Both the position numbers and the translations under genes were made by a program. A stretch of 64,000 bases of DNA from an uncultured Acidobacteriota bacterium. Its GTDB lineage: Bacteria; Acidobacteriota; UBA6911; RPQK01; JAPXNP01. The notes beneath the pieces were generated by a model that searched no databases, was not told where the DNA came from, and saw only the letters and a program-made list of their open reading frames with translations. The stretch is from assembly GCA_963777605.1 (NCBI GenBank), contig CAVZRV010000027.1, forward strand, positions 540,982 to 604,981, in the 5' to 3' direction. This document shows, one piece after another, positions 34,115-43,955 of this stretch (position 1 is the first letter of the stretch; each line of letters opens with the position of its first letter).

Positions 34115-35000
34115 CCTGACCCGGCTGCGAGTTCAGGTACTTTCCTACAATTGGTTCCAGTTTCTGAGCGGTTTCTCCGGGAATAGCGGAAGGGTCGGTG
34201 ATCAACGCAGTCTGCAGAGCGTGCCGGCAAGCGCAGTCAGTTTCCGGTTCGGCCAGCCGGATTGCTTCTCCGATCAGTTGTTTGGCGTTCTCGCTGTTCT
34301 TTCGCAGGTACTCGAGGAGCATCTCTACCGAGACATCCTCCTCCTCATCGTGCCAGCAGTCGTAGTCGGTCACCATTGCAATGGTCGCGTAGCAGATCTC
34401 GGCTTCCCGGGCCAGCTTGGCCTCCTGTAAGTTGGTCATGCCAATCAGGTCGGCTCCCCAACTGCGATAGAGGTTCGATTCCGCGCGGGTCGAAAATGCG
34501 GGCCCTTCCATGCACACGTAAGTTCCTCCCCTCTTCAACGGGACTCCAAGTCCCTTGCCGGCCTTCTCAAGAAGATCTCCCAGGCAGCCACAGACGGGAT
34601 CGGCGAAACTCACGTGCGCGACGAGGCCTTCCCCAAAGAACGTCGATACCCGATTTCGGGTCCGATCGATGAACTGGTCGGGAAGGATGAAATCCATTGG
34701 CTTGTGTTCCACGCGCAGCGAACCCACGGCGCTCGCCGAGAGAATCATTTTCACGCCCAACACCTTCATGGCGTAAATGTTGGCCCGGAAGTTAATCTCC
34801 GTCGGCATTAAACAGTGGCCCCTGCCATGCCGGGCGAGGAATGCCACCCGCGTGCCGTGCAAGTCTCCGACGACAAGGGCGTCACTCGGACTTCCAAAGG
34901 GGGTTTCTATTGACACTTCAGTCCGGTCCGACAGCCCAGGCATATCGTACAGGCCACTGCCGCCAATGATCCCAATGTCTGCTTTCGGCTCAACCGGCAT
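34104..35000 (-). CDS. mtnP: S-methyl-5'-thioadenosine phosphorylase
   Basis: [24 protein letters not shown] and VTDYDCW motifs. Confidence 0.92.
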   Translation of the reverse strand: MPVEPKADIGIIGGSGLYDMPGLSDRTEVSIETPFGSPSDALVVGDLHGTRVAFLARHGRGHCLMPTEINFRANIYAMKVLGVKMILSASAVGSLRVEHKPMDFILPDQFIDRTRNRVSTFFGEGLVAHVSFADPVCGCLGDLLEKAGKGLGVPLKRGGTYVCMEGPAFSTRAESNLYRSWGADLIGMTNLQEAKLAREAEICYATIAMVTDYDCWHDEEEDVSVEMLLEYLRKNSENAKQLIGEAIRLAEPETDCACRHALQTALITDPSAIPGETAQKLEPIVGKYLNSQPGQDGR

Positions 35001-35859
35001 AGTCACTTCCTTTCCGCGGCTCATCCCAGACGAGCCGCTTGCATCGGTACTTTCCTTCCACCATCTCGAGTTCACCGAACGGCTCATCGGCATCGTGTTC
35101 GAAAACGAACTTCCATTTCTCGGCCAGGGCGCGCTGGTAGATCTCCCGCCGGGTATCGAGAACCAGGAGAGGATAGAGATCGTATCCCATCGCCCAGGCC
35201 AGCGGGATGTGGGAAGCGGTTGGGCAGAGATCCCCCAGGAAGAACAAGGTTCCCTCCGGACCGCTCAGCCGGACCGACTGATGCCCCATCGTGTGGCCCG
35301 GAGTGGGCTCGACGGACAGACCAGGAAGAACCTCGGTTTCCCCTTCAACCAGTTCCAATTGCCCGGACTTCGCCAATGGAAGCCAGTTCTCTTTCAGGTA
35401 ACTCGCCCGGGTTCTCTCGTTGGCCGCCTCAGCGTCATTGTACTCCCGCTTTTGGACAAGGTAACGGGCCATCGGAAAGGCAGGCACCAGTTCCCCTCCC
35501 CGCTCGATCGTATTTCCGCCGCAATGATCGAAATGAAGATGGGTGTTGATGACCAGCGAAACGTCATCCGGCGCCAATCCTGCCCGCGCGATCCCCTCCA
35601 TCAGGTCGGGAGGATGGGAGATCCCGTACATCTCCAGGTGCTTTTCGGAGTACTTGGTTCCGCACCCGGTATCCACCAGCACCACGTCGCCGCCGCCTTG
35701 CAACAGCAGACAGTTCAGCCCGAGACGGATGCGGTTCCGGGCATCCGGGACCATTCTCCTCTCCCAGACGACCCTGGGCACGACTCCGAACATCGCCCCG
35801 CCGTCGAGGGCCATGGTTCCATCTGAGAGTAACTGAACGTCAAACTGACCGAATCGCAT
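34990..35859 (-). CDS. MBL-fold metallo-hydrolase (YtnP-like)
   Basis: [18 protein letters not shown] and PGHT motifs. Confidence 0.9.
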   Translation of the reverse strand: MRFGQFDVQLLSDGTMALDGGAMFGVVPRVVWERRMVPDARNRIRLGLNCLLLQGGGDVVLVDTGCGTKYSEKHLEMYGISHPPDLMEGIARAGLAPDDVSLVINTHLHFDHCGGNTIERGGELVPAFPMARYLVQKREYNDAEAANERTRASYLKENWLPLAKSGQLELVEGETEVLPGLSVEPTPGHTMGHQSVRLSGPEGTLFFLGDLCPTASHIPLAWAMGYDLYPLLVLDTRREIYQRALAEKWKFVFEHDADEPFGELEMVEGKYRCKRLVWDEPRKGSDYAG

Positions 35860-35899
35860 GAGAGCAAGAATCTTATCTCATTCTGTGGCGGGACGGGCC

Positions 35900-36928
35900 T
35901 CAGCCCTGCGGGCCCACGGAGTTTCGGATGGCTACGAGAGCTGCGGAGATGTCTTCGACACCGACTTCCCGGTGAGTTACGAAACGCACCTGCCGGGCAC
36001 CCGTGGACACGGCCCGGACCCCAGCCGACTCGAGGCGCGGAATGAGGTCGGCGCTGGCAATTCCGTTCAGGTCGGCGATCACGATATTGGTTTCGACAGT
36101 GTCCAGGTCAATCGCGAACTGAGGCATGTCAGCCAGGCCCCGCGCTAGTGTCCGGGCGTTCCGATGGTCGTCGGCCAGCCTCTCTGGCATGGTCTCGAGG
36201 GCCACGAGTCCGGCGGCGGCGAGAATCCCGATCTGCCGCATCCCTCCACCCAGCATCTTCCGCACCCGCCTTGCCTCTTCGATGAGATCCCGGGAGCCGA
36301 CGAGAAGTGAGCCGGACGGAGCACTCAAGCCCTTGGAGAGGCAAACCATCACCGTGTCGCAACCCCGGGCCAACCGGGCGACCGGTGCTCCAATCGCGGT
36401 GGCGGCGTTGAAAATGCGCGCTCCGTCAAGATGGACAGGGATGCCCCGCGAGTGACTTTCTGCAACGATCTCGTCGAGGCAGGAGAGCGGCATCACGGTG
36501 CCCCCGGCCATGTTGTGGGTGTTCTCCAGAGCCACCAAACCCGTTCTGGCACGGTAGTAAACCGGGGGACTGAGGTTGGGCTCGATCAGATTCCAGGTCA
36601 GAATTCCCCGGGGGGCCGTCACCGGTCGAACCAGGCAGCCGGAAAAAGCCGCCATCATCGCCATTTCGTAATTGTAAATGTGGCCCCTGGCTTCCACCAC
36701 GACCTCATCACCCGGGTCGGTGTGCAAGCGGACGGCAATCTGGTTGCCCATCGTGCCCGTGGGAACGAACAGAGCCGCTTCCCGCTCGAAGATGGCGGCT
36801 GCCCTCTCCTGGAGCCGCTCTACCGTCGGGTCCTCGCCGAAAACATCGTCCCCGACCTCGGCCCCGGCCAACGCCGCCCACATCTCGGCGGTGGGTTTGG
36901 TCACCGTGTCACTTCTCAGATCAATCAC
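35900..36928 (-). CDS. ltaE: Low-specificity L-threonine aldolase
   Basis: DLRSDTVT, ENTHN, HLDGAR and CLSKGL motifs. Confidence 0.93.
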   Translation of the reverse strand: MIDLRSDTVTKPTAEMWAALAGAEVGDDVFGEDPTVERLQERAAAIFEREAALFVPTGTMGNQIAVRLHTDPGDEVVVEARGHIYNYEMAMMAAFSGCLVRPVTAPRGILTWNLIEPNLSPPVYYRARTGLVALENTHNMAGGTVMPLSCLDEIVAESHSRGIPVHLDGARIFNAATAIGAPVARLARGCDTVMVCLSKGLSAPSGSLLVGSRDLIEEARRVRKMLGGGMRQIGILAAAGLVALETMPERLADDHRNARTLARGLADMPQFAIDLDTVETNIVIADLNGIASADLIPRLESAGVRAVSTGARQVRFVTHREVGVEDISAALVAIRNSVGPQG

Positions 36929-37922
36929 GTGCGCTCTCCACCGTCGATGCAGTCCGGCCCGGCATCGCCCGGCCCGCCAATCGCTCCAGTTTCAAAATCT
37001 CCTCCAGTGTCGGGATGGCAGCCCGCGCCCCGTAACGCGTACAGGCCAGTGCTCCCGCGGCATTGGAAAACCGCATCGTCCGCTCGACAGACCAGCCCTG
37101 CAGGACCGAGTAGATGAAAGCACCGTGGAACATATCACCGGCGCCGGTCGAATCAACCACTTCTATCCGAAAGGCGGGGAACTCATAGATTCGCCCTTCC
37201 CAGAGCGCGGCGGCGCCATTTTCCCCTCGAGTCACCGCGACGAACCCGGGACAGACTTCCGCGCAGCACCGCAGATCGGCCCGCCAGTCCCCACTGCCGC
37301 CGAAGGCAGCGACGAAGCTCCGGCTGGCAATGAGGAAATCCGTGTGCCGCAGCAGCGTTTCCACGCCCGGCTGGACGCGGTCGATGTCAAGACAGACCTT
37401 CTGTCCAGCCTGCTGCGCCCAGATCGCCGTCTTGGCCGAGGCCGAAACGTCATTTCCGTCCAGGTGAAGAATCTGCCCCTGAACGATCGGTTCCTCATCG
37501 AGTTCGTTGTCACCATAGCGCAACCGCGGATCGCGATCGAAGATGATGGTTCGCCCCCCCGTCGGCTGATCGACGATGATCAGGGAATGGTGGTTGAATG
37601 AGCCTGGAACGGTTTCGAGCACCAGGTCCATGTCTTCCCGACCCAAGTCTTCGCGCATGAACCGACCGAGGTCATCATCACCCACGCGTCCCACATACCG
37701 GGTCTTGAGTCCGAACCGGGAGCAAAACGAGCAGGCGGTCGCGATTTGCCCTCCCCCCATCCGAAGCAGGCGCTCCATCTTGACTTTGGAATCGTGCGCC
37801 GGATAGTGAGGTACACGACAGACCCAGTCAACAGCATTCTCTCCGAAACCGACGACCTGAAACGGACGGTTCTCGGGAAATTCGACTGGGAAGTAAACGT
37901 CTTCCAGGCTTCCCATCTCCAC
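36921..37922 (-). CDS. PfkB-family carbohydrate kinase
   Basis: GG motif and DSTGAGDMFHG. Confidence 0.9.
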   Translation of the reverse strand: MEMGSLEDVYFPVEFPENRPFQVVGFGENAVDWVCRVPHYPAHDSKVKMERLLRMGGGQIATACSFCSRFGLKTRYVGRVGDDDLGRFMREDLGREDMDLVLETVPGSFNHHSLIIVDQPTGGRTIIFDRDPRLRYGDNELDEEPIVQGQILHLDGNDVSASAKTAIWAQQAGQKVCLDIDRVQPGVETLLRHTDFLIASRSFVAAFGGSGDWRADLRCCAEVCPGFVAVTRGENGAAALWEGRIYEFPAFRIEVVDSTGAGDMFHGAFIYSVLQGWSVERTMRFSNAAGALACTRYGARAAIPTLEEILKLERLAGRAMPGRTASTVESARD

Positions 37923-38224
37923 CCCTCTTAGAGCTCAACCCAACTCGTTCGATCAACCATCGGCAGGCTCGAAACCGGCCCCTGAAACCCGCCGCCGCCG
38001 AGACCGACTCAAAGCATCCCCTCGTCAGCAAAGCTGAAATAGCGGTAGCCGCCAATAATACAGAGGTCGCCGCCGGCGCGCTCCCAAGCCAGTGATTTTC
38101 AGGGTTCGCGTGTTCTGACCCAGGGTGGCAAGCGACGGTCAGATGAGGCTTTTTGAGGCCAAATCCGCAACAAACACGCAACAGCTCTGAAGGGGCGCAG
38201 ACGGCACAGTTAAAAGGAGATTTG

Positions 38225-39115
38225 ATGCGAAACTACGCGGTCATCACATCGAACTACTGGACCGGGGAAACGGGCCAGCGAATACAGGAGGAGGGCGGTA
38301 TCGAAGCCGCCTGCCTCGGGGCCTACCTGATCTCGAACCGGCACTCCAACGCCATCGGGATCTACTACCTTCCCATCCCGCTTATCGCCTACGAACTGAA
38401 GGCGCTGGACGAGGACGGCATCCGGCGCGCCCTGCAAGTCTTGGCGCAGGAGCAGTTCTCGGCCTACGACGAAGCGCGGAGCATGGTCTACGTGCGGAAC
38501 ATGGCCCGCTTCCAAGTGGCCGAGAGCCTGTCCCGCAACGATAAGCGGGTCCGGTACGTGCTGAAGGAACTGGAACAGGCGGTAAGCTCCGGGGCCATCC
38601 TGTTCGCCCACGACTTCTTCAACCGCTTCCAAGGGGACTACCAGATGGAGCTGACCCCGGCGCTGTCCAGGGCCTTCAGCGGCGTCGCTCCAATCGCGGA
38701 CGTAGCGGCTATGGCTCCGGCCATGCTCGATCGTGCACCGCGCAGGACGGCGGAGCGTCGCCGGGAATCAAAAGGCGCCGCCCCGGAGGGACCTTTCCAC
38801 GAGGTCGCGGTCCCGTTGAATGACGGCTCGGAATACAGCATTCCCATGGCTCACGTCGAAGAGTGGCGGAAGCTGTTCCCCGGCATCGACGTGGACCAGA
38901 CGTTGAGGGACTGTCGGGCGTGGAACCTTGGAAACCCAAAGAACCGGAAAACACGGGACGGCATCAACCGGCACATCACCGGCTGGCTCTCACGGGAGCA
39001 GAACCGGGCCGGGGGCCGCAACGGTGGAAACCGCACTTCAAACCAGCCGACTCAGCGGACGCAGCGCAACGTGGACGCCGCCCGTGAATTCCTCGGCAGA
39101 GCAAGCGGAGAGTAG
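38225..39115 (+). CDS. Phage replication initiator-like protein
   Basis: N-terminal YWTGETG...AYL...HSNAIGIYYLP and C-terminal LNDGSEY...WRKLFPGIDV...RKT..GI.RHITGWLSREQ, a pattern typical of temperate-phage replication proteins; AAAAGGAG RBS. Confidence 0.75.
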   Translation: MRNYAVITSNYWTGETGQRIQEEGGIEAACLGAYLISNRHSNAIGIYYLPIPLIAYELKALDEDGIRRALQVLAQEQFSAYDEARSMVYVRNMARFQVAESLSRNDKRVRYVLKELEQAVSSGAILFAHDFFNRFQGDYQMELTPALSRAFSGVAPIADVAAMAPAMLDRAPRRTAERRRESKGAAPEGPFHEVAVPLNDGSEYSIPMAHVEEWRKLFPGIDVDQTLRDCRAWNLGNPKNRKTRDGINRHITGWLSREQNRAGGRNGGNRTSNQPTQRTQRNVDAAREFLGRASGE

Positions 39116-39117
39116 CG

Positions 39118-39816
39118 ATGAACCAGAAGGACCGCAAGGAGTTTGCCGCTCTCATCGTGGGAACGGCGGAGGCGCTGGGCCGGGAAGTGTCGTCAGCGGC
39201 CATCGAGGTCATGTTCATGGCCCTCTCGGACCTCTCCATCGCGCAGGTGAAGCGCGGTGTCATGGCGCACCTGAACGATCCCCAAGAAGGCAAGTATATG
39301 TTGACTCCCGCGCACGTACGCGCGCACGTGCACGGAGCGGTGAGCTTCCGTGCGCTCAACGCATGGACCAAGGCAGTGAAGGCTGTAGAGCGGCACGGGG
39401 CCTGGCTGTCCGTCGTCTTTGACGACCCGGTCATCCCGCAAGTCATCTCCGACATGGGCGGCTGGATCACCTTCTGCGCCGAGATGAGCGACGAGCCGTG
39501 GCAGCAGAAGGAGTTCGTGCAGCGGTACGAGGGCTATGCGGCTACGGGGCTGCCCGAGGCCGCGCCGGTGAAGCTCCTCGGGCGGCATGAACTGCACAAC
39601 GGGGCGCGTGGGCTGACCTGCCCAGTGCCGCAGTACCGGCTGGTCGGAAACGTGGCCGAGGCCCAGCGGCTGCTCAAGGCGGCGGAGGAGCAGAAGGCCC
39701 TCCCGAGCGAGGCGGAAACGGCCCGCAAGTTCGTGGAACGGGTCGCTGGCTCCGCTGCTGCCCAGTGGTGCGGCGAACTGGAAGCGGCCCGAGAACAGCA
39801 GGAGGACGGCAAATGA
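39118..39816 (+). CDS. DUF6475-like phage protein (possible helicase loader partner)
   Basis: AW.KAV.AV..HG...SVVFDDPVI..VI.DMGGW..FC pattern; directly follows the initiator. Confidence 0.7.
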   Translation: MNQKDRKEFAALIVGTAEALGREVSSAAIEVMFMALSDLSIAQVKRGVMAHLNDPQEGKYMLTPAHVRAHVHGAVSFRALNAWTKAVKAVERHGAWLSVVFDDPVIPQVISDMGGWITFCAEMSDEPWQQKEFVQRYEGYAATGLPEAAPVKLLGRHELHNGARGLTCPVPQYRLVGNVAEAQRLLKAAEEQKALPSEAETARKFVERVAGSAAAQWCGELEAAREQQEDGK

Positions 39817-40145
39817 AGGAGCGGAACTGGACAGCAAAGGCCTTGAGCAGTGGTACTCGTTCCTTGCCGAGCAGACTGCGTCCGGTGCAACAACCCTATC
39901 CCGAGATCGCCCATATCCGGGCCGTCCCCTCGGAGAAGGCCCTGACCTGCTTCCCCGGCGATTCGGGATGTTCGGCCTACGCCGCGCCTTCCACTCTGCA
40001 CGGACTGTCACCAGACGCGCCGGGATCGCTGCACAAAGTCGGTGAGAGAAGCACGTTCTTGACAACCTTGGGCCGGGGCGAAGGCTACCAGTGGAAGTTG
40101 CTCGTGAAGCTGGCGTTCGAATACCTCAACCGGAAGGCGGCTTGA
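39813..40145 (+). CDS. Phage hypothetical protein
   Basis: GGAGG RBS and ATGA overlap with the upstream gene. Confidence 0.55.
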   Translation: MKERNWTAKALSSGTRSLPSRLRPVQQPYPEIAHIRAVPSEKALTCFPGDSGCSAYAAPSTLHGLSPDAPGSLHKVGERSTFLTTLGRGEGYQWKLLVKLAFEYLNRKAA

Positions 40146-40146
40146 G

Positions 40147-40527
40147 ATGAGGGGATGGCGCAATCTCAGCCCCGAGGACTTACGGAGCCTGAAGGTCCGT
40201 GCGAGGGACGCGAAGCCAAGGGCGCTGGACAGAATGAACAAGTGGGAGGTGCTGTTCGCGCAGCGCCTTGAGATGGAGAAGCGGGAAAGGAAGGTGATCG
40301 ACTGGAAATATGAGGCAGTGAAGCTCCGGCTGGCCGACAGGACGTTCTACACGCCAGATTTCATGGTGGTGCTGGCGGACCTCCGGCTGGCTTTCTACGA
40401 AGTCAAGGGCCACCTACGGGATGACGCAGCGGTGAAGTTCAAGGTAGCTGCCGAAACCTTCCCGCAGTTCACTTGGACCATGTTCCGCTACAAGGGCGGC
40501 ACGTGGGACGCAATCTACTCGTTTTGA
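40147..40527 (+). CDS. DUF1064-like PD-(D/E)xK nuclease
   Basis: MNKWE...YTPDF...YEVKG motif. Confidence 0.75.
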   Translation: MRGWRNLSPEDLRSLKVRARDAKPRALDRMNKWEVLFAQRLEMEKRERKVIDWKYEAVKLRLADRTFYTPDFMVVLADLRLAFYEVKGHLRDDAAVKFKVAAETFPQFTWTMFRYKGGTWDAIYSF

Positions 40528-40541
40528 TCGGAGGTTCTACT

Positions 40542-40802
40542 TTGACGCGGCAAGAACTCGTGCAGTTGGGTGAGGTTGAGGAAATCGCTCGGCGATTGGG
40601 GGCGCAGGTGCGGAGCGGGCTGGTACTGGACGGCTTCGGGAAAAAAGTGCTCCCTCTGGCTGTACGGCTGCAGCGGCTCCGCCGTCAGGGCTTCACCGGG
40701 CAGGTGACGATCCTGTTCAGTGACGGTGAGGCCCGGAGTGTCGTGGAGTCGGCCAATCTAAAGATCTCGGACATCGAATTGCAGGACGGGATCGCGTCCT
40801 GA
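40542..40802 (+). CDS. Phage hypothetical protein
   Basis: GGAGG RBS, TTG start, operon position. Confidence 0.5.
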   Translation: MTRQELVQLGEVEEIARRLGAQVRSGLVLDGFGKKVLPLAVRLQRLRRQGFTGQVTILFSDGEARSVVESANLKISDIELQDGIAS

Positions 40803-40831
40803 GAGCGGCAACGGCAAAGAAAGGAACGGCA

Positions 40832-41179
40832 ATGTTTCAGAACGGCGAAATCATTGATCAGATCGGGAAGACGTGCTGGCTTCCCGTGCAGATCGGCCCG
40901 CACTCGTTCGTCTACCACTTCTACCAGACGAACGCGCCGAAAGCCTACGACGGCTTCGGCACCCTCACCATCGAGGAACACGGGTCCACGCGGATCGTGG
41001 GCATACGAACCGCCCACTGCGAATGGCAGTTAATGCGCTACACGAGCGGGATGCACAAGATCGAGGCGCTGGAGGACCACTGGCGAAGCGACATCATCGA
41101 CGCGCTCTGGCTGCGGTTCTCGGGGAAGGACGGGCGGAATGAAGCAGGCGGAACTTGGAACGGCGGTTGGAGCGACTGA
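40832..41179 (+). CDS. Phage hypothetical protein
   Basis: Preceded by the AAGGAACGGCAATG start motif. Confidence 0.6.
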   Translation: MFQNGEIIDQIGKTCWLPVQIGPHSFVYHFYQTNAPKAYDGFGTLTIEEHGSTRIVGIRTAHCEWQLMRYTSGMHKIEALEDHWRSDIIDALWLRFSGKDGRNEAGGTWNGGWSD

Positions 41180-41361
41180 GTGAGCGCACGGGCGTTCCAC
41201 TGGCCGTGGAATACCTTGGGCGTCGCCCCATGATCTACACGGTGGAAGGCCCCGGAATGAGGCAGCTTTCGCCCCGGCTGACCATGCGGGAAATGAGGGA
41301 ATGGCTCGGCGCTTTGGAGCTGGGCATCGAACTCGCAACGGGAAAAGGGAAAGCTGCCTGA
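41155..41361 (+). CDS. Phage hypothetical protein
   Basis: Short ORF closing the + strand operon; possibly a frameshifted continuation. Confidence 0.4.
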   Translation: MERRLERLSERTGVPLAVEYLGRRPMIYTVEGPGMRQLSPRLTMREMREWLGALELGIELATGKGKAA

Positions 41362-41387
41362 CGACGCGCCACACAACCGGCGGCACC

Positions 41388-41460
41388 AAAATGATGGGGG
41401 TGAGTGGCAAGCTCACCCCCAAAGAACGGCAACAGCAAAAAGGAGTGCCCCTTTTGCCTG
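41388..41460 (-). ncRNA. Predicted small antisense RNA (two hairpins with a 14-nt linker)
   Basis: Minus-strand TATAAT at 41472-41467; hairpin GCAAAAGGG/CCUUUUUGC (41457-41435); linker UGUUGCCGUUCUUU (41434-41421); terminator-like hairpin GGGGGUGAG/CUCACCCCC (41420-41396) followed by AUCAUUUU. Confidence 0.55.
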
Positions 41461-41516
41461 CGCATGATTATATCCGACTCAGAGCGGTCTGAAACCGGAA
41501 ATCTTCGGAGGCTGGT

Positions 41517-41587
41517 GATGGCGGCGTGCTTTCCGTTGAAGAAGAGGCTGAAGGTCGCCCAACTGGTGCCGACCTTGTATTCCCAGG
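41517..41587 (-). repeat. 71-bp RHS-core remnant, diverged copy of 43471-43541
   Basis: 63 of 71 bases identical by manual alignment; encodes WEYKVGTSWATFSLFFNGKHAAI versus WEYKVGTGWETFNLFFNGKHAAI. Confidence 0.85.
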
Positions 41588-41643
41588 GCGGGCTCTCCGT
41601 GGAATCCCCGTCGCAAGAGCGCGTTGTATTCCTGGACCTCCCG

Positions 41644-42501
41644 TCATCGGTCGTCATCGGAATCTGCTGTCCTCAGATATTTGCCCGCCAGCCAGTAGAC
41701 GAGTAGACCACCGGCGAGAATAATGAACGCGCCGACTCGCCGCTCTTCCACCACGCCTCCCGAAATGAGACGGAAGAGAACCAGGGCGGCCGCCCCTCCG
41801 CCCAGCAACTGCAGCATCACCCGCCAGAATCCCCTTCCGGGCCGGCCTTCGAGCGCCCGGTTCAGTTCCTCGGGGAATTCCGTCCCGTAGAGATGATCCC
41901 AGGGACCCACTTCTTCTTTTCTACCGGCATACTTGGCCAACACCTTGGCGGACGGCAGCGGTTGGTGCTCGAGGATCCAATCCCAGTGGGTCCTTACAGC
42001 CCTTGCAACCGCTGCAAAGTACATCACAGAACTCGTGAGAAAACTTACCAAAACCATAGGCAACACATATGCAAACAGATTCCGGTTAAGCTCAACGGGA
42101 GTCGGCGGATCTTCAACAATGAGGACATATCCCATTGTGGATAACATTGCGCCGAAAACGGCGGCAACCGGGACTTGTGCGATGTACTTTAGGACGGCGA
42201 ACCTTCCTGCCGAGCTATTCAGAAAGGCTAACGCCTTCAACTCTCCTGACGTGAGCGAAGAAAGAGGTTTGGGAGCATACGCGTTGTTTGAGAATAGATT
42301 CAGTGGCTTCCACATAAAGTATGCCACTGCCAACGAGGAACCAGTGAGCGCTCCTGTTATTGTCCAAGCCACGTCACGGATCGCCTGCCCTCCAACCCAA
42401 GGCATCCAAAGGAAGAATGCGTCAACGAGCAAGATCACAAACAACGACCCATTTGCTCCGATCGCAGGCGGCTCTCTCTCTGGACGTTTCCTGTGAGTCA
42501 A
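41644..42501 (-). CDS. Multi-pass membrane protein, candidate RHS immunity protein
   Basis: About six TM segments, visibly lower GC, immediately downstream of the RHS tip. Confidence 0.55.
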   Translation of the reverse strand: MTHRKRPEREPPAIGANGSLFVILLVDAFFLWMPWVGGQAIRDVAWTITGALTGSSLAVAYFMWKPLNLFSNNAYAPKPLSSLTSGELKALAFLNSSAGRFAVLKYIAQVPVAAVFGAMLSTMGYVLIVEDPPTPVELNRNLFAYVLPMVLVSFLTSSVMYFAAVARAVRTHWDWILEHQPLPSAKVLAKYAGRKEEVGPWDHLYGTEFPEELNRALEGRPGRGFWRVMLQLLGGGAAALVLFRLISGGVVEERRVGAFIILAGGLLVYWLAGKYLRTADSDDDR

Positions 42502-42564
42502 CTCAGTCTCCTATTCATCGTATGGCAGAGGACCATACGTGATCTCACCGATTCGAACGTCCGG

Positions 42565-43857
42565 TCACAAGTGACTCCCTCTTGCGATTCCCTCCAACAA
42601 GCGCAGCCGAAAGCTAAAAAGATCCGCCGGAGTATAGGTCGATCCAATCTCGTGAGTCGCCATGTGATAGGAACTGCCAAAGAAACCAGATAGCCCGAAC
42701 GCCCGGTGAAGATCCTTGGCCTTCGGGCCATAGTATGTGGTGAATCGCGCGGGTACCAACCCAGATCCTGGCCGTGGAGGAATCAGTCCCTGCCACTTCC
42801 ACCGCTGAATGGTAGTGGTTACGGGCCCAAGGACTCGACCAATGAGTGCGCCCATCGTGGTATCAATACCGAGGGAGACGAGATCGATGTCTCTCCAGGT
42901 CTTCTCTGTGAAGGCTGTATCGTATAGCTGACCGCTTATATTCGTCACACCACCTGAGATGGCGCCTGCATATATGGGATTCACAGGATAGGTCATCGAC
43001 GCGGCTAATCCTCCCATTGCTCCGGAGAAAATGCCTTTTCCGTATCCGGTTTGGTTTATATAGGCATCGATTCCACCCCAAACACCTCCAATCAAGATAC
43101 CACCGAGGGGGATGACCGGTACTGCCATTAATCCATCTTGGTCCGTGTAGCGTAGGGGGTTATTGAGCCCGTAGGAATACTTGTTCAGACTCTGCGGTAC
43201 CTCCGTGAAGCCTCCGATCGGATCCGACGAAGTAAACCGCCCGATGGCGCTGCCGTGGTAGCGGGCGCCGAAGCAATCGAGGCCGGTTTCGGCGTCCCGT
43301 TCCTTGCCGGTAAACCAGTAGTCGTCGCCTTCGGTGCAGGTGCGCGAGTTCAGCTCGCCGTAGGGCTTAGTGTAGTAGCGGCAGACGTCGACGCCTGCGT
43401 TGTTCGTCTTCAGGACCAGATTCCCGAGATGATCGAGATGGCGCCAGCGGAGACCCTCGGCGGTGTTGTTGATGGCCGCGTGCTTCCCATTAAAGAAGAG
43501 GTTGAAGGTCTCCCAGCCGGTGCCGACCTTGTATTCCCAGGTCGCGTTCCCTTCGGGATCGTAAAAGTAATAGGTCGTCACCCCGCCCGCGACCTTCTTC
43601 ACGCGGCGGCCGTCCCCGTCATAGGTGTAGGTCGCCGTCGAGCCGCTGTTGACCGTCTTGATCCGACTCGCGCCATCGTACTGAAGCGTAAATCCGGGCA
43701 GTCCCAACTGGTTTCCCGCCGAGTCGTAGCTGTTGTAGCCGGTCGTCGTGATCCGGTTGGTCGCGCTGTTGAAGGACAGCGCCAGCGTCGAGGCGCTGCG
43801 GTTCCCCCAGCGGTCGTAGGTGAAGGTCTGGTTGGTTACCGCATTACTCTGCAACAT
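42565..43857 (-). CDS. Orphan RHS/YD-repeat core fragment with C-terminal toxin tip
   Basis: YDRWGNR and YDGDGRRVKK repeats, FTGKERDAETGLD.FGARY, and DP...Y.YGLNNPLRYTDQDGL; Gly-rich hydrophobic tip; N-terminal RHS body missing. Confidence 0.9.
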   Translation of the reverse strand: MLQSNAVTNQTFTYDRWGNRSASTLALSFNSATNRITTTGYNSYDSAGNQLGLPGFTLQYDGASRIKTVNSGSTATYTYDGDGRRVKKVAGGVTTYYFYDPEGNATWEYKVGTGWETFNLFFNGKHAAINNTAEGLRWRHLDHLGNLVLKTNNAGVDVCRYYTKPYGELNSRTCTEGDDYWFTGKERDAETGLDCFGARYHGSAIGRFTSSDPIGGFTEVPQSLNKYSYGLNNPLRYTDQDGLMAVPVIPLGGILIGGVWGGIDAYINQTGYGKGIFSGAMGGLAASMTYPVNPIYAGAISGGVTNISGQLYDTAFTEKTWRDIDLVSLGIDTTMGALIGRVLGPVTTTIQRWKWQGLIPPRPGSGLVPARFTTYYGPKAKDLHRAFGLSGFFGSSYHMATHEIGSTYTPADLFSFRLRLLEGIARGSHL

Positions 43858-43955
43858 ACCGATCCCGTTCTGGGAGGTGCAATACCTACGCTGTCGTCAA
43901 CCGTCTCCTGATCGGCTACTCCGGGGTTGAACCATACTCCCTGTTATTGATTCGC

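Noticed and set aside
38640-38800. Iteron origin inside the replication gene
   Set aside because: Expected by analogy with lambdoid phages, but no convincing direct repeats are visible.
41517-43541. Repeat pair as the TR/VR of a diversity-generating retroelement
   Set aside because: The 8 mismatches are not adenine-specific on either strand, and no reverse transcriptase is present in the window.
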